A DNA stretch of 64,000 bases from Nitrospira sp. (GTDB lineage Bacteria > Nitrospirota > Nitrospiria > Nitrospirales > Nitrospiraceae), in the NCBI GenBank assembly GCA_047150005.1, contig AP038806.1, positions 3,296,001-3,360,000 of the forward strand, in the 5' to 3' direction. A program made the translations under genes and the position numbers. The notes under the pieces were generated by a model, which saw nothing but the letters and a program-made list of their open reading frames with translations, made no database searches and had not been told where the DNA came from. Below, one piece after another: positions 1-9,607 of the stretch (position 1 is the first letter of the stretch; each line of letters begins with the position of its first letter).

Positions 1-144
1 CGTCAACTCAACTACGGTCTCTGGGTGGCAGATCGGGATCGGTTGGTGCCGCTGAAGGAATTGTCGAGGGGAGGAGATTATATCAACGTCTTCTGCTTGC
101 CGGACTCCCGTCGGTCCTCCACCAGTCAGAACCGACTATTGTGA
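1..144 (+). CDS. 3' end of a CDS entering the window (C-terminus reminiscent of FkbM-type methyltransferases)
   Basis: Frame 1 is open from base 1 to TGA at 142-144: RQLNYGLWVADRDRLVPLKELSRGGDYINVFCLP...; family guess is weak. Confidence 0.35.
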   Translation, partial: RQLNYGLWVADRDRLVPLKELSRGGDYINVFCLPDSRRSSTSQNRLL

Positions 145-1143
145 GCCTATCCGGGAACGATTCGTGCGTTCCCATTCTTCTCCCCTCAGGCGTAAGAATT
201 CCGAGCTCTGTATCTTCGGATAGGTCGTGACCAGGTAATTCAAGCGGTAGTGAGCGCCGGATTCGTACTCCAGCTTGCCCTTATCAAGAGCCTGTGTTGC
301 CGAGATGTAGGCGAAAGGCTCGTACATGAGGAAAAACACGGGGTCTCCGAGCCGGTTGGCCTGATCCCCGAAAACCGCCACGGTCGACTCACGCACCGGG
401 AGGCTCACGCTGGCCGCGCTCCAGCGAACCTTTAAGATATTCGGATCACCCCGCCGCGGATCCAAGGTCTTCTCCGCGTTGCGGTGCACAACCCGGGAAT
501 CGAAATCCCGCGACAGTCGAAGGCCGAGCCCGTTGTATGGATCTCCGGTCAGGACGGCGGACTTCACGCGAGCGCCGACGACGAAATCGGAGGACCACTG
601 CACGGCAACTTCTCGATTGTTCTCGTCCACGGTTACGGTGATGGTTCGTCCTTCATGAAGAATGGGTTCTCCTCCGTCGACCGTGCTTCGAGCGGTCGGG
701 GCGAGCCATTCGATCACGTCGACGAAGCTCGCATAGGGTCGTCCCCGCTCATCCACGCCGGTCTGTTGCTTTTCAATCCGGACCGAACGTTGGAAGCCCG
801 TATCCTCTCGTTCCTGCCAGTAATTGATGCCGTTGACCATCACGGCGTACATGATTCCATGGTGATGCAGGTGGTCCGACGGCGCGTCGAGCAGCACGTT
901 GTATCCCGACAGATCGAAGAGCGCCTTGATATACGGTTTGAATTGTCCGGTGGCATGGGCGTAGGTGAGCACCGGGCGGTCTTGATAAGAGATGCTGAGC
1001 TGACTGGATTGCGGATCGTTCTCAATGCGGAGCTGATCCCGGGATGTTCCCTCAGCATCGGCCGAACCGGCGAGGGAGAGTGCGGTCAACAGCATCAAGG
1101 CCCTGACAGATCGATGAGTCTTCATGGCGCAACAGTACGACAA
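136..1143 (-). CDS. Exported protein, DUF6807 (so-called PmoA-like PF14100) family
   Basis: Signal peptide; KPYIKAL...LLDAPSDHLHHHGIMY motif; YNGLGLRL. Confidence 0.65.
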   Translation of the reverse strand: MSYCCAMKTHRSVRALMLLTALSLAGSADAEGTSRDQLRIENDPQSSQLSISYQDRPVLTYAHATGQFKPYIKALFDLSGYNVLLDAPSDHLHHHGIMYAVMVNGINYWQEREDTGFQRSVRIEKQQTGVDERGRPYASFVDVIEWLAPTARSTVDGGEPILHEGRTITVTVDENNREVAVQWSSDFVVGARVKSAVLTGDPYNGLGLRLSRDFDSRVVHRNAEKTLDPRRGDPNILKVRWSAASVSLPVRESTVAVFGDQANRLGDPVFFLMYEPFAYISATQALDKGKLEYESGAHYRLNYLVTTYPKIQSSEFLRLRGEEWERTNRSRIGSQ

Positions 1144-1216
1144 CGATTCTACCGCAAGCGCTTAGGTCGTCGAGCCATGAGGGTAGAGTCAATCGCCAAG
1201 TCCCGTCAAGGCCACC

Positions 1217-1368
1217 GGTCGTGGGTCCGTTTTCTCTTGCGTGATGCCGCGAAGGCGGGCATCCGCTCCTCGATCAAGACTCAAGGCTGAGGAGAGGCCT
1301 TGACTGGATTCCCGTTTCCGCGGGACTGACAAACTTCAGTGCTTCTGACGTCAAACTGACCCACTACC
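1217..1368. mobile_element. MITE/REP-like element, copy 1 (~152 bp)
   Basis: 16-bp imperfect TIRs GGTCGTGGGTCCGTTT / AAACTGACCCACTACC; internal palindrome GTGATGCCGCGAAGGCGGGCATCC...TGGATTCCCGTTTCCGCGGGACTGAC; closely similar copy at 45740-45892. Confidence 0.75.
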
Positions 1369-1476
1369 AGGCAATACGCGCTTCAATTTGGCCTTCGCGG
1401 AGGACTGGAGGCCTCCCATGTCTCTGAGCCGCTGCGCGATCACGGCCTCAGAAGCGTCTGACGCCAGATGCACCCG

Positions 1477-1857
1477 CTATTCGATGATCAGGGTTCCGGT
1501 CATGCCGGGGTGGCCTTTGCGCCGGCAGGAGTACAGGTAGGTTCCCGGGGGCGCCGCGACGAGGAGCCGCACCGACCGCCCCGGCTTCAGGAGACCCGGC
1601 ATGGCGGCGTCCTGTTTCGCCGTTCCTTCCATGCTTCCGGTTCCATAGGCCAAGATCGGACTGATGAACTCGTGATCCTCGCGTCCGGCGTTATAGAGCG
1701 CGAGGGTGAAGGGAGAGCCGGCTTTCACCCGCACGATGTCAGGCACAAACCGGTAATCTTCCGCGGTGACCGAAACGATCTGCACCGGACCGTCGCAGGC
1801 GCAGCAGGACAGGAGCACCGCGCCTGTGATCACTTGTAAGAGCCGAGCGCTTGTCAT
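1477..1857 (-). CDS. Cupredoxin-domain (type-1 copper) exported protein/lipoprotein
   Basis: N...HEF and PGTYLYSC-x4-H-x2-M-TGTLII copper-ligand motif; N-terminal hydrophobic segment with Cys. Confidence 0.85.
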   Translation of the reverse strand: MTSARLLQVITGAVLLSCCACDGPVQIVSVTAEDYRFVPDIVRVKAGSPFTLALYNAGREDHEFISPILAYGTGSMEGTAKQDAAMPGLLKPGRSVRLLVAAPPGTYLYSCRRKGHPGMTGTLIIE

Positions 1858-1913
1858 GTCCAGAGATTTCGATGGGTTACGACCGTGGAAGTTCGAATGG
1901 AACCGCAGATATG

Positions 1914-2492
1914 TCAGGCATGGTCGGTCGGCTCGTTGCCCGGCTTCCACTTGATGCTGCAGCCGATGCTGGGTCGTTGAAAGCTCGAGACCGGTTTCTT
2001 CGCCAACACCGCCTCGACCGCCGCACGGAGATCGCGGCCGTCGACCTGTCTGCCGTTCGCCGGGCGACTGTCGTCAAGCTGTCCACGATAGACCAGCTTG
2101 CGTTCGCCATCGAACAGGTAAAAATCCGGCGTGCAGACAGCCCGGTAGGCCTTAGCCGTCTCTTGATTTTCGTCGAAGCAAAACGGAAATGTGAAGGCCA
2201 GCCGCTCGGCCATCTCTTTGAGCCGTGGTGGAGCATCGTCAGGATATCGGCTTGCATCGTTGCTGCTGACGGCCACGATGCCGAGGCCGCGCTCGCGATA
2301 ATCACGACCGATCCGCGCCAGTTCTCCCTCCACATGTTGGACGTAGGGACAGTGGCGGCAGATGAACATGATCAGCAGAGCGGCGTTCCCTTCAAAGGAC
2401 TCCAGGGTCCACCACCGTCCGGAAGCCACGTCCCGGAGTCGAAAGGCAGGAGCCAGGGTTCCCAGCGGCAGCATGACAGATTCAACGGCCAT
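1914..2492 (-). CDS. Thioredoxin-like AhpC/TSA family protein
   Basis: FICRHCPYV CxxC, CTPDFYLFD...YRGQLDD, SIGCSIKW. Confidence 0.9.
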   Translation of the reverse strand: MAVESVMLPLGTLAPAFRLRDVASGRWWTLESFEGNAALLIMFICRHCPYVQHVEGELARIGRDYRERGLGIVAVSSNDASRYPDDAPPRLKEMAERLAFTFPFCFDENQETAKAYRAVCTPDFYLFDGERKLVYRGQLDDSRPANGRQVDGRDLRAAVEAVLAKKPVSSFQRPSIGCSIKWKPGNEPTDHA

Positions 2493-2598
2493 TGAATCCT
2501 CCCCGAGCGACCATGATCCGATGAAGATGCCCAACTAGGAGAGCCGGGTCAAGAGGTGGCAAAGCAGGAAGGCGGCAGGGTGCCGAGCTTTATTCAGG

Positions 2599-3237
2599 TC
2601 AGGTGAGCGCGCCGGCATGGCGAATGCGGTAGTCCACGGAGAGGCGGCTATGCTGGTCGCCCGTGAGTTCGAGGGTCACCGTGCCGTCGGCGGTGTCCCA
2701 GGTGGCATGGTAACGGAGATGGCCGATCATCACGGCGACGCCCCAGTAGTCGGGCAACAGTTGGTACAGGTCGTTGTTCCAGATAACCTGATCATCTGCC
2801 GGTGCCCCATAGGTGTCCGTCAGGGTCTGTTTCACCGTCAGATAATAGGCGATGAATTCATTGAGCCGGTTGAGCGGGCGCTGCAGGAGGACGTACTGGC
2901 CACGGGCCAACGTATCCAGGTTGAACTCGTAGCCTTCCAGCACCCCGTGATCGCCGATATTGCGGAGATAAACGAGCTTGCTCTGGTCGTCGTCGCGCAC
3001 GTCACCGGCGATGGAGGTACGAAGTGCGGCCTTGTCCTTGCCCTGATGAGAGCGGACGGTCTGAAGAAAGGTCGCGACCTGCTTGGAGATTTCCGTTTGA
3101 AGCTCGGCCTCCGCGATTTCGTCGAAGGGAACGACGAAGACCGGCGGTGGCAACGGTTCCTGGACTTGGGCAAACGACGGCGTGGACCAACAGATGACGG
3201 CCACGACCGATCTCAGCAGGCGATGCATGGTCCGCAC
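2599..3237 (-). CDS. Hypothetical exported protein
   Basis: Signal peptide ending SFA-Q; 212-aa ORF with natural composition. Confidence 0.7.
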   Translation of the reverse strand: MRTMHRLLRSVVAVICWSTPSFAQVQEPLPPPVFVVPFDEIAEAELQTEISKQVATFLQTVRSHQGKDKAALRTSIAGDVRDDDQSKLVYLRNIGDHGVLEGYEFNLDTLARGQYVLLQRPLNRLNEFIAYYLTVKQTLTDTYGAPADDQVIWNNDLYQLLPDYWGVAVMIGHLRYHATWDTADGTVTLELTGDQHSRLSVDYRIRHAGALT

Positions 3238-3393
3238 GATATGATGGAAGGAGCATCACCGTCTATCCCACCAAAGAGGGCGGAAGAACTGACCAAAGAG
3301 TTTGGTCAAAGGGCTGGTGCCGGCCGAAGATCGGGCGTCGGCCCACGCCGAATTGCGGATGTGTCGAAGTCTGTCGCAAACGATCAAGACCGA

Positions 3394-5913
3394 TCATTGG
3401 CCCGGGCGCTTCGCCTTGGCGGTCGGGGTGGCGAGAAGCGGATTCTCCGGCCAGTGGTGTTTGGGGTAGCGACCCCGCAGGTCCTTGCGGACGTCCCGAT
3501 AGGTATTGACCCAGAAGCCGGCCAGATCCTTCGTGACCTGGATCGGCCGCTTGGCCGGTGAGAGCAGATGCAAAAGGACAGGCACCTTGCCGTCCGCGAC
3601 TCTCGGCGTATCTGAGCAGCCGAACATTTCTTGCAGCCGCACTGCCAGCACCGGCCCCTCCGGCTGGTCATAGTCGAGCCGCAGCCTCGATCCGCTGGGG
3701 ACCGTCAGATGTGTGGGAGCCCGGCGGTCCAATTGATGCTGTTGATCGCGACTGAGTCTGGTCTGCAGTGCCGGAGCAAGATCCATCCGCTTGACTCGCT
3801 CCAGGGTGGTGATTCCCACGAGAAATGGCTCGAGCCAGTCGTCGATTGTCCTGAGCAACGTGTCGTCTGACAGATCGGGCCATTGAGCATCCGGGCCGTC
3901 GAGGATCTTGAGAAATCGAACTCGGGCCTGCCACTGTCGCAGTTCCGGCGTCCAGGCCAATGTCGACAGCCCGGCCCGGCGAAGGCCGACCGACAGGGCG
4001 CCGGCCATCATTGTCGGATCGGGGTTCGACAAGGCTTGTTCCGACAGTGTCAGCGCCTCGAACCGCCGTCGTCTGGCTGCGCGAACACTCCCAGTCCGTT
4101 CATCCCAGGCCACGTCTTCGACCTGCTCGATCCGATCGGCAAACAGCGCTTCAATATCGCTCTGCGTAACGGGAGCGGCCAGGTCTATTCTTGCCCACTG
4201 GGTGCCTGCGTCGAGATCGGCGATCACGAGATAGGGTTCCGAGGCCAGTGGATCCGGATTGGCGAACAGTGCGCCGCGCCCGTTTGCGAGTAGGTAGCGA
4301 GCCTCGCCGTGCGGTTGTCGTTGCGCGATTCGGTCGGGATAAGCGAGCGCGAGCAACAGGCCGGCGGATCCTGGATCGCACGAACCGGGTCGTCCCTTCG
4401 CAGCATCCGGCCGTCGGCGTCGATAGAGGTTGGCCGTGTGTTTGACCCGCCGACAGGCTCCGTGATCGACCGTAAGCTCGCCTATCCGGCTGTCGGGACC
4501 CCACAACACATCGAGTCTGAGCCGCATGTCCGCCTGGCGCCGGCCGGCCGGCGCACGCACAATGTCGCGCTCGCCGAGCAAGGCGGCGATGTCGCAGGCG
4601 AGGTCGGTCAACTCGAGCCCATCAGCCTTGATCAGCATGTGGGCGAGACGGGGATGCATCGCCAATCCGGCCATGCCTCGGCCGTGCGCGGTGATGGACC
4701 CTGCCGCGTCCAGAGCATCCAGGTGTCTGAGGAGATCCTTGGCTTGGGCGACAGCCGCGGGAGGGGGGGCGGTCAGCCAGCGTAACTCCGAGGGATCGTG
4801 CGCGCCCCATTCTGCCAGTTCCAGGATCAGTGGCGCCAAATCCGCGTCCAGGATCTCGGGCGGCCTGCGTGCCGCCAGCGCCGCTTGTTCCTTCTCAGGC
4901 CAGAGGCGATAGCAGAGGCCCGGTTCGAGCCGGCCCGCCCGGCCCCGACGTTGGTCCGCCGAGTCCTGCGTCACCCGCACCGTGTCCAGCCTGGTCAACC
5001 CGGTGCGCGGATCGAAGCGAGGGATACGTGATAAACCGGCGTCGATCACCACGCGCACCCCGTCGATCGTCAGACTGGTTTCCGCGATGGAGGTGGCCAA
5101 CACGACCTTTCTCGTGCCCGGTTGGGACGGGGCGATGGCCTCGTCCTGCACCGCTTGCGGCAGGTCGCCGTGCAGCGGTGCGACGCGAATGCTCGCGTCC
5201 AACTGTGTGTTCTGGAGCAGGCGCTCGACCCGTCGGATCTCGGCCATACCGGGAAGAAACACCAGCAGGCTGCCTCGATCCTGCGCCAGCGATCTGTGGA
5301 TCGTTTGGACGACGGCGGCATCGAGCCGCCCAGCCGGCGGGTGATCGAGGTAGCGGGTTTCCACCGGAAACAGCCGACCCTCACAGACCAGAATCGGCGC
5401 ACCGCCGAGCAGTTCGCTGATCGGTCCGCACTCCAGCGTGGCCGACATGACCAAGAGCCGGAGGTCCGGACGGAAGAGCCGTTGAGTCTCCAGAGAGAGG
5501 GCCAATCCGGCATCGGCCTGCAGGCTCCGCTCGTGAAACTCGTCGAAGATGACGATTCCGTAGTCGGCGAGCGACGGATCTTGTAAGAGCAACCTGGACA
5601 AAATGCCTTCGGTGACGACTTCAATGCGAGTCGCCGGTCCGACCTTGGTGTCGAGGCGGGTGCGGTAGCCGACGATACCGCCAACTGGTTGACCCAGCGA
5701 TGCGGCCATACGATGAGCCGCGGCACGGGCGGCGAGCCGGCGCGGCTCCAACAGCAGCAGCTTCTTGCCGGCGAGCCATGGAGCAGCCAGCAGAGCCGGA
5801 GGCACGCCGGTCGTTTTTCCGGCCCCTGGCGAGGCGGTCAACAGCGCATTCGGGTCGGCCATGAGGGCGGCTCGTAGCGCCGGCAGCACATCTTCTATTG
5901 GAAGTCGAGTCAT
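3394..5913 (-). CDS. hrpB: ATP-dependent RNA helicase HrpB
   Basis: ASPGAGKTT, DEFHERS, MSAT, QRRGRAGR, C-terminal LLSPAKRPIQVT...GRYPKHHWPE. Confidence 0.95.
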   Translation of the reverse strand: MTRLPIEDVLPALRAALMADPNALLTASPGAGKTTGVPPALLAAPWLAGKKLLLLEPRRLAARAAAHRMAASLGQPVGGIVGYRTRLDTKVGPATRIEVVTEGILSRLLLQDPSLADYGIVIFDEFHERSLQADAGLALSLETQRLFRPDLRLLVMSATLECGPISELLGGAPILVCEGRLFPVETRYLDHPPAGRLDAAVVQTIHRSLAQDRGSLLVFLPGMAEIRRVERLLQNTQLDASIRVAPLHGDLPQAVQDEAIAPSQPGTRKVVLATSIAETSLTIDGVRVVIDAGLSRIPRFDPRTGLTRLDTVRVTQDSADQRRGRAGRLEPGLCYRLWPEKEQAALAARRPPEILDADLAPLILELAEWGAHDPSELRWLTAPPPAAVAQAKDLLRHLDALDAAGSITAHGRGMAGLAMHPRLAHMLIKADGLELTDLACDIAALLGERDIVRAPAGRRQADMRLRLDVLWGPDSRIGELTVDHGACRRVKHTANLYRRRRPDAAKGRPGSCDPGSAGLLLALAYPDRIAQRQPHGEARYLLANGRGALFANPDPLASEPYLVIADLDAGTQWARIDLAAPVTQSDIEALFADRIEQVEDVAWDERTGSVRAARRRRFEALTLSEQALSNPDPTMMAGALSVGLRRAGLSTLAWTPELRQWQARVRFLKILDGPDAQWPDLSDDTLLRTIDDWLEPFLVGITTLERVKRMDLAPALQTRLSRDQQHQLDRRAPTHLTVPSGSRLRLDYDQPEGPVLAVRLQEMFGCSDTPRVADGKVPVLLHLLSPAKRPIQVTKDLAGFWVNTYRDVRKDLRGRYPKHHWPENPLLATPTAKAKRPGQ

Positions 5914-5975
5914 GATAGGGTCAAGCCTTCATACAGGCGAGACTGTATCAGAAGCCGTAACGATACAGGAGTGGC

Positions 5976-6173
5976 ATGACTCAATATCACTGGACGACGG
6001 CGAAACCGACGAACGCCGGCTGGTATTGGTTTCGGGGGCAGATTCACGAAGCCGATCCGTTCATTGTTCTCGTGGATGAAGCGGGACAGTTTCAATGGCC
6101 GGACGGAGGGTATCAAGAAGTGAAGCTGGCCAAAGGCGAATGGGCGGGGCCTATTGAGGAGCCGAGCGAATGA
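5976..6173 (+). CDS. Small Trp-rich hypothetical protein
   Basis: RBS AGGAG before ATG; WTTAKPTNAGWYWFR...GEWAGPIEEP. Confidence 0.75.
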   Translation: MTQYHWTTAKPTNAGWYWFRGQIHEADPFIVLVDEAGQFQWPDGGYQEVKLAKGEWAGPIEEPSE

Positions 6174-6380
6174 TGAGCGGATCCTGCCGCCAATCAGCCC
6201 AACCGGCTTCGCACCCCGCCCGGTGTAGGGCCCCGCTGCAGGCGGTTGGGGAACGCTGCGTCGCGGCGCGGCGGGGTTGGGCGGGTGAGAAAGTCGCCCA
6301 GATTGGCGTCACCCGCTAAGAAATGGTTCCTCAATCGACGTGAAAGGGAAAAGAGAAGAAAAGCATAGGAGGCATCGCTG

Positions 6381-7064
6381 ATGAGGCGTATGGGAGGGGA
6401 TCCGATACAACGGCTGATGAGTCTGATGTTCAAGGCGCACCCCTGGCACGGGGTCTCCATCGGAGAGCGTGCGCCGGAGGTGGTGACCGCCTATATTGAA
6501 ATCGTGCCGACCGACACGGTCAAGTACGAGGTCGACAAGGACAGCGGTTTTTTGAAAGTCGACCGGCCGCAACGATTCTCCAATTTTTGTCCCGTCTATT
6601 ACGGACTCGTTCCGCAAACGTACTGCGGCGACAAGGTGGCCGGCCTTTTCTCGAAACGCGCGCGACGGAAGGGAATGGTCGGCGACCGTGATCCGCTCGA
6701 CATCTGCGTGCTGACGGAGAAAACGATCCCCCACAGCGACATTCTATTGACGGCGATTCCCATCGGCGGGTTCAGTCTTGCGGACGGCGGAGAGGCCGAC
6801 GACAAGATCATCGCCGTCATGAAAGAGGACGCGGCCTACGGGAGCTTTAAGGACATCGGGGACGTGCCGGTGTCGTTGATCGATCGCCTGCAGCACTATT
6901 TTCTCACCTATAAGCAGGCTCCCGGCTCCGTGCAGCATAAGGTGGAAATCACCAGTGTCTATGATCGGGACGAAGCGCTGAAAGTCATTCGGGCCAGTCA
7001 TGCCGACTATCGCATAAAGTTTCCTGAGTTGGAGTCCCTCTGGCCGGCTGGAATGGCCGGTTGA
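6381..7064 (+). CDS. ppa: Inorganic pyrophosphatase (family I)
   Basis: HPWHG, KYEVDK, YGLVPQTY, DRDPLD, DGGEADDKII, FLTYK; RBS AGGAGG. Confidence 0.93.
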   Translation: MRRMGGDPIQRLMSLMFKAHPWHGVSIGERAPEVVTAYIEIVPTDTVKYEVDKDSGFLKVDRPQRFSNFCPVYYGLVPQTYCGDKVAGLFSKRARRKGMVGDRDPLDICVLTEKTIPHSDILLTAIPIGGFSLADGGEADDKIIAVMKEDAAYGSFKDIGDVPVSLIDRLQHYFLTYKQAPGSVQHKVEITSVYDRDEALKVIRASHADYRIKFPELESLWPAGMAG

Positions 7065-7175
7065 CGACGGTTCGCAGCAGCGAACGTCGGATGCGCCGAT
7101 GCTGCGAAATCGAACGCATGGGCGGAAGTGTCGACACATCCAAGGGTGCGAACCGGAAAGGCCTGATCAGACTCC

Positions 7176-8912
7176 ATGAAGATTGACCATACTCATCCTC
7201 CCGCCGCCCATACAGCCACGGGGTTTTCACCGGGTTTCGCCGCGCTCGGCCTCGAAGCGTCGCTACTGGCCTCGCTCGAGACCTTGGGATACGAGGAACC
7301 CACGCCGATCCAGCGGGAAGCGATTCCTCCGTTGCTCGCCGGACGTGATCTGCTCGGTCAGGCGGCGACCGGAACGGGCAAGACCGCGGCATTCACGCTG
7401 CCGATGCTGCAACGGATCGCGCATGGTGGCGGGCCTCGCCCGGCCGCGCTGGTGCTCGTGCCGACGCGAGAGCTGGCCATGCAGGTAGGCCAGGCGGTGC
7501 AACGGTACGGTCGCGAGCTGCGGACGACGGTGTTGCCGGTATACGGAGGTCAAGCCATCGGATCGCAGCTTCACGCGCTCAGGCGCGGCGTCGATCTCGT
7601 GGTGGCCACTCCCGGTCGTATGCTGGATCATCTTCGCCGGCAGCCGCAATTGCTGGCGCATGTTCGAATCGTCGTCTTGGACGAAGCGGATGAGATGCTC
7701 GATATGGGGTTTGCCGACGAGCTTGAAGCGATCTTCGGGCATCTTCCGGAGACCAGACAGACGGCATTGTTTTCCGCCACCATTCCGCCGCGTATCAAGG
7801 CGATCGCGCACCGGCACCTGCGGAACCCCGTCGAAATTGCGATTGCAAAGGAGACGGTGAAGCCGGGGAGCGCCCCGCGCGTCCAGCAGACGGCCTACAT
7901 CGTGGCCAGACCGCACCGGAATGCGGCGCTCGCACGGGTCCTCGACGTGACCGTACCGACCTCGGCCTTGGTCTTCTGTCGCACGAGGCTCGAAGTCGAC
8001 GAAGTCACCTCGATGTTGAACGCCCGCGGGTATCGGGCTGAAGCGATTCACGGCGGGATGAGTCAGACCCAACGTGACCGCGTGATGCAGTCCTTCCGTG
8101 CCGGTCAAACGGAGCTGTTGGTCGCGACCGATGTGGCTGCCCGTGGGCTGGACATTCCGCACGTGTCCCACGTCGTCAATGTCGACCTGCCGTCGTCCGC
8201 CGAAGTCTATGTCCACCGCATCGGCCGAACCGGTCGGGCCGGCCGGGAGGGCGCGGCCATCACGATCCTCGATCCCCGCGAGCAGCGGTTGCTACGGAGT
8301 ATCGAACAGCACACGAAAGGACAGGTCGTCGTCCTGCCGGTTCCGAGCGCCGCCGCCTTGCGCGCGAAGCGAATGGAGCGGGCCAAGGCAGCGGTGCTGG
8401 AGGTATTGCAGGCGGGAGATCTGGATCAGTTTCACATGGTCGTGGAGGCTCTGGCCGCTGCGAGCGATCCGGTCAAGGTGGCGGCCGCCGCCTTGCGATT
8501 GGTGTTCAGAGCGCAGGGTGGCGAGCGGCCTGAACAGGACATTCCCGCTCCGGTGCTTCCGAATCCTCGAACCCGCGATCGGGAGGCGCGTCCGGTCGGT
8601 CGCGCCCACTCCGAGTCGTACCGTGGAGCCGAGCTTCGCCGGGGACCGAGATCCGGTCATTCGACCCGACAGCCGGGCTCGTCCCGGGTGTATGTCGGAG
8701 CTGGACGAGAGTCCGGAATTCGGCCGGGAGATTTGGTCGGCGCGATCGCCAACGAGGCGCGGGTCAATGCCAAGGTCATCGGGGCGATCGAGATCGAGGA
8801 GCGCTTCTCGATCGTCGACGTGCCCGAAACGATCGCGCGGGACGTAGTGGAGGCGCTGAGCCGGACCAGAATCAAAGGGCGCAAAGTGCCGGTTCGACTG
8901 TTTCGGGAGTGA
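7176..8912 (+). CDS. deaD: DEAD-box RNA helicase, DeaD/CsdA-like with C-terminal DbpA RNA-binding domain
   Basis: Q motif, ATGTGKT, PTRELA, DEAD, SAT, ARGLD, HRIGRTGRAG; IRPGDLVGAIANE. Confidence 0.9.
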   Translation: MKIDHTHPPAAHTATGFSPGFAALGLEASLLASLETLGYEEPTPIQREAIPPLLAGRDLLGQAATGTGKTAAFTLPMLQRIAHGGGPRPAALVLVPTRELAMQVGQAVQRYGRELRTTVLPVYGGQAIGSQLHALRRGVDLVVATPGRMLDHLRRQPQLLAHVRIVVLDEADEMLDMGFADELEAIFGHLPETRQTALFSATIPPRIKAIAHRHLRNPVEIAIAKETVKPGSAPRVQQTAYIVARPHRNAALARVLDVTVPTSALVFCRTRLEVDEVTSMLNARGYRAEAIHGGMSQTQRDRVMQSFRAGQTELLVATDVAARGLDIPHVSHVVNVDLPSSAEVYVHRIGRTGRAGREGAAITILDPREQRLLRSIEQHTKGQVVVLPVPSAAALRAKRMERAKAAVLEVLQAGDLDQFHMVVEALAAASDPVKVAAAALRLVFRAQGGERPEQDIPAPVLPNPRTRDREARPVGRAHSESYRGAELRRGPRSGHSTRQPGSSRVYVGAGRESGIRPGDLVGAIANEARVNAKVIGAIEIEERFSIVDVPETIARDVVEALSRTRIKGRKVPVRLFRE

Positions 8913-8968
8913 GCGGGATCGGGCTATCCTCTTGAGAAATCCTTGCCTTTTATTTCACGTATTTTTAG

Positions 8969-9311
8969 AATGGACACCATGTCGGGCCGGCGACTGTTTC
9001 CACGACATAGGATGTTGACTTGGCTCAGCGTCAGCGTGCTGGTGTTGGGCTTGACCTCCTTTGTCCTCGATCTCATCGGCAGTCATGAAGTCGAAGCCGT
9101 TTCCTGGGCTCAGCCGGTGGTGGTGGACGGAGAGGAGGTCGATCCGTCGGAGGACTTCACCAGTCCGTTCTCTTCGGATCATCAGGTCACCGATCATCTC
9201 GTCCTCACCGGGTCTCGAGTAGGACTCCACGCTCCGCCGTCGGTCACGCGGCGCCTCGTCCGTGACATCGTGTTCTTTGATCTGGCCTCTCGTCCGCCTC
9301 CCGTCCTGTAA
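8969..9311 (+). CDS. Small membrane-anchored hypothetical protein ending in SRPPP
   Basis: N-terminal hydrophobic helix, acidic linker, C-terminal RPPPVL; start uncertain (8943/8969/8978). Confidence 0.55.
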
Positions 9312-9607
9312 TCTTCCGACATTGTGCTCGCTCGTTGCGCACGAACCGTTTCGGTGCGCAGAGTGCATCGCAGAATGGGTCCGCTGCCACAAGAAGCACG
9401 GACCATCCAAGAACTAGCACTCTCCGCGGCCCTCACCGGCGTTCCCGTCTTTCGGCGGACCGTTCTGCCTTCTCGTTCCTTCTCCGACATCTGTCCGCTG
9501 CCGACATCCGGATGATGAAGGGTTGACGCCCACCGTGGACGGATCGTAGTGTCATACGAAGCCGGACTGCACAACGATCCCGGACGGATTCGCGGAGGAT
9601 CAATACC

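Noticed and set aside
136..1143. Possible methane/ammonia monooxygenase subunit (the family is often labelled PmoA)
   Set aside because: Soluble exported protein without the multi-TM profile of true PmoA/AmoA; no pmoB/C neighbours
6174..6380. Fluoride riboswitch upstream of ppa
   Set aside because: The GGxGAUGGxGUUCxCC...GCUGAUG consensus is not present
9361..9424. CIRCE element (GAGTGC and CTAGCACTC half-sites)
   Set aside because: Half-sites are in the wrong order and about 50 nt apart instead of 9
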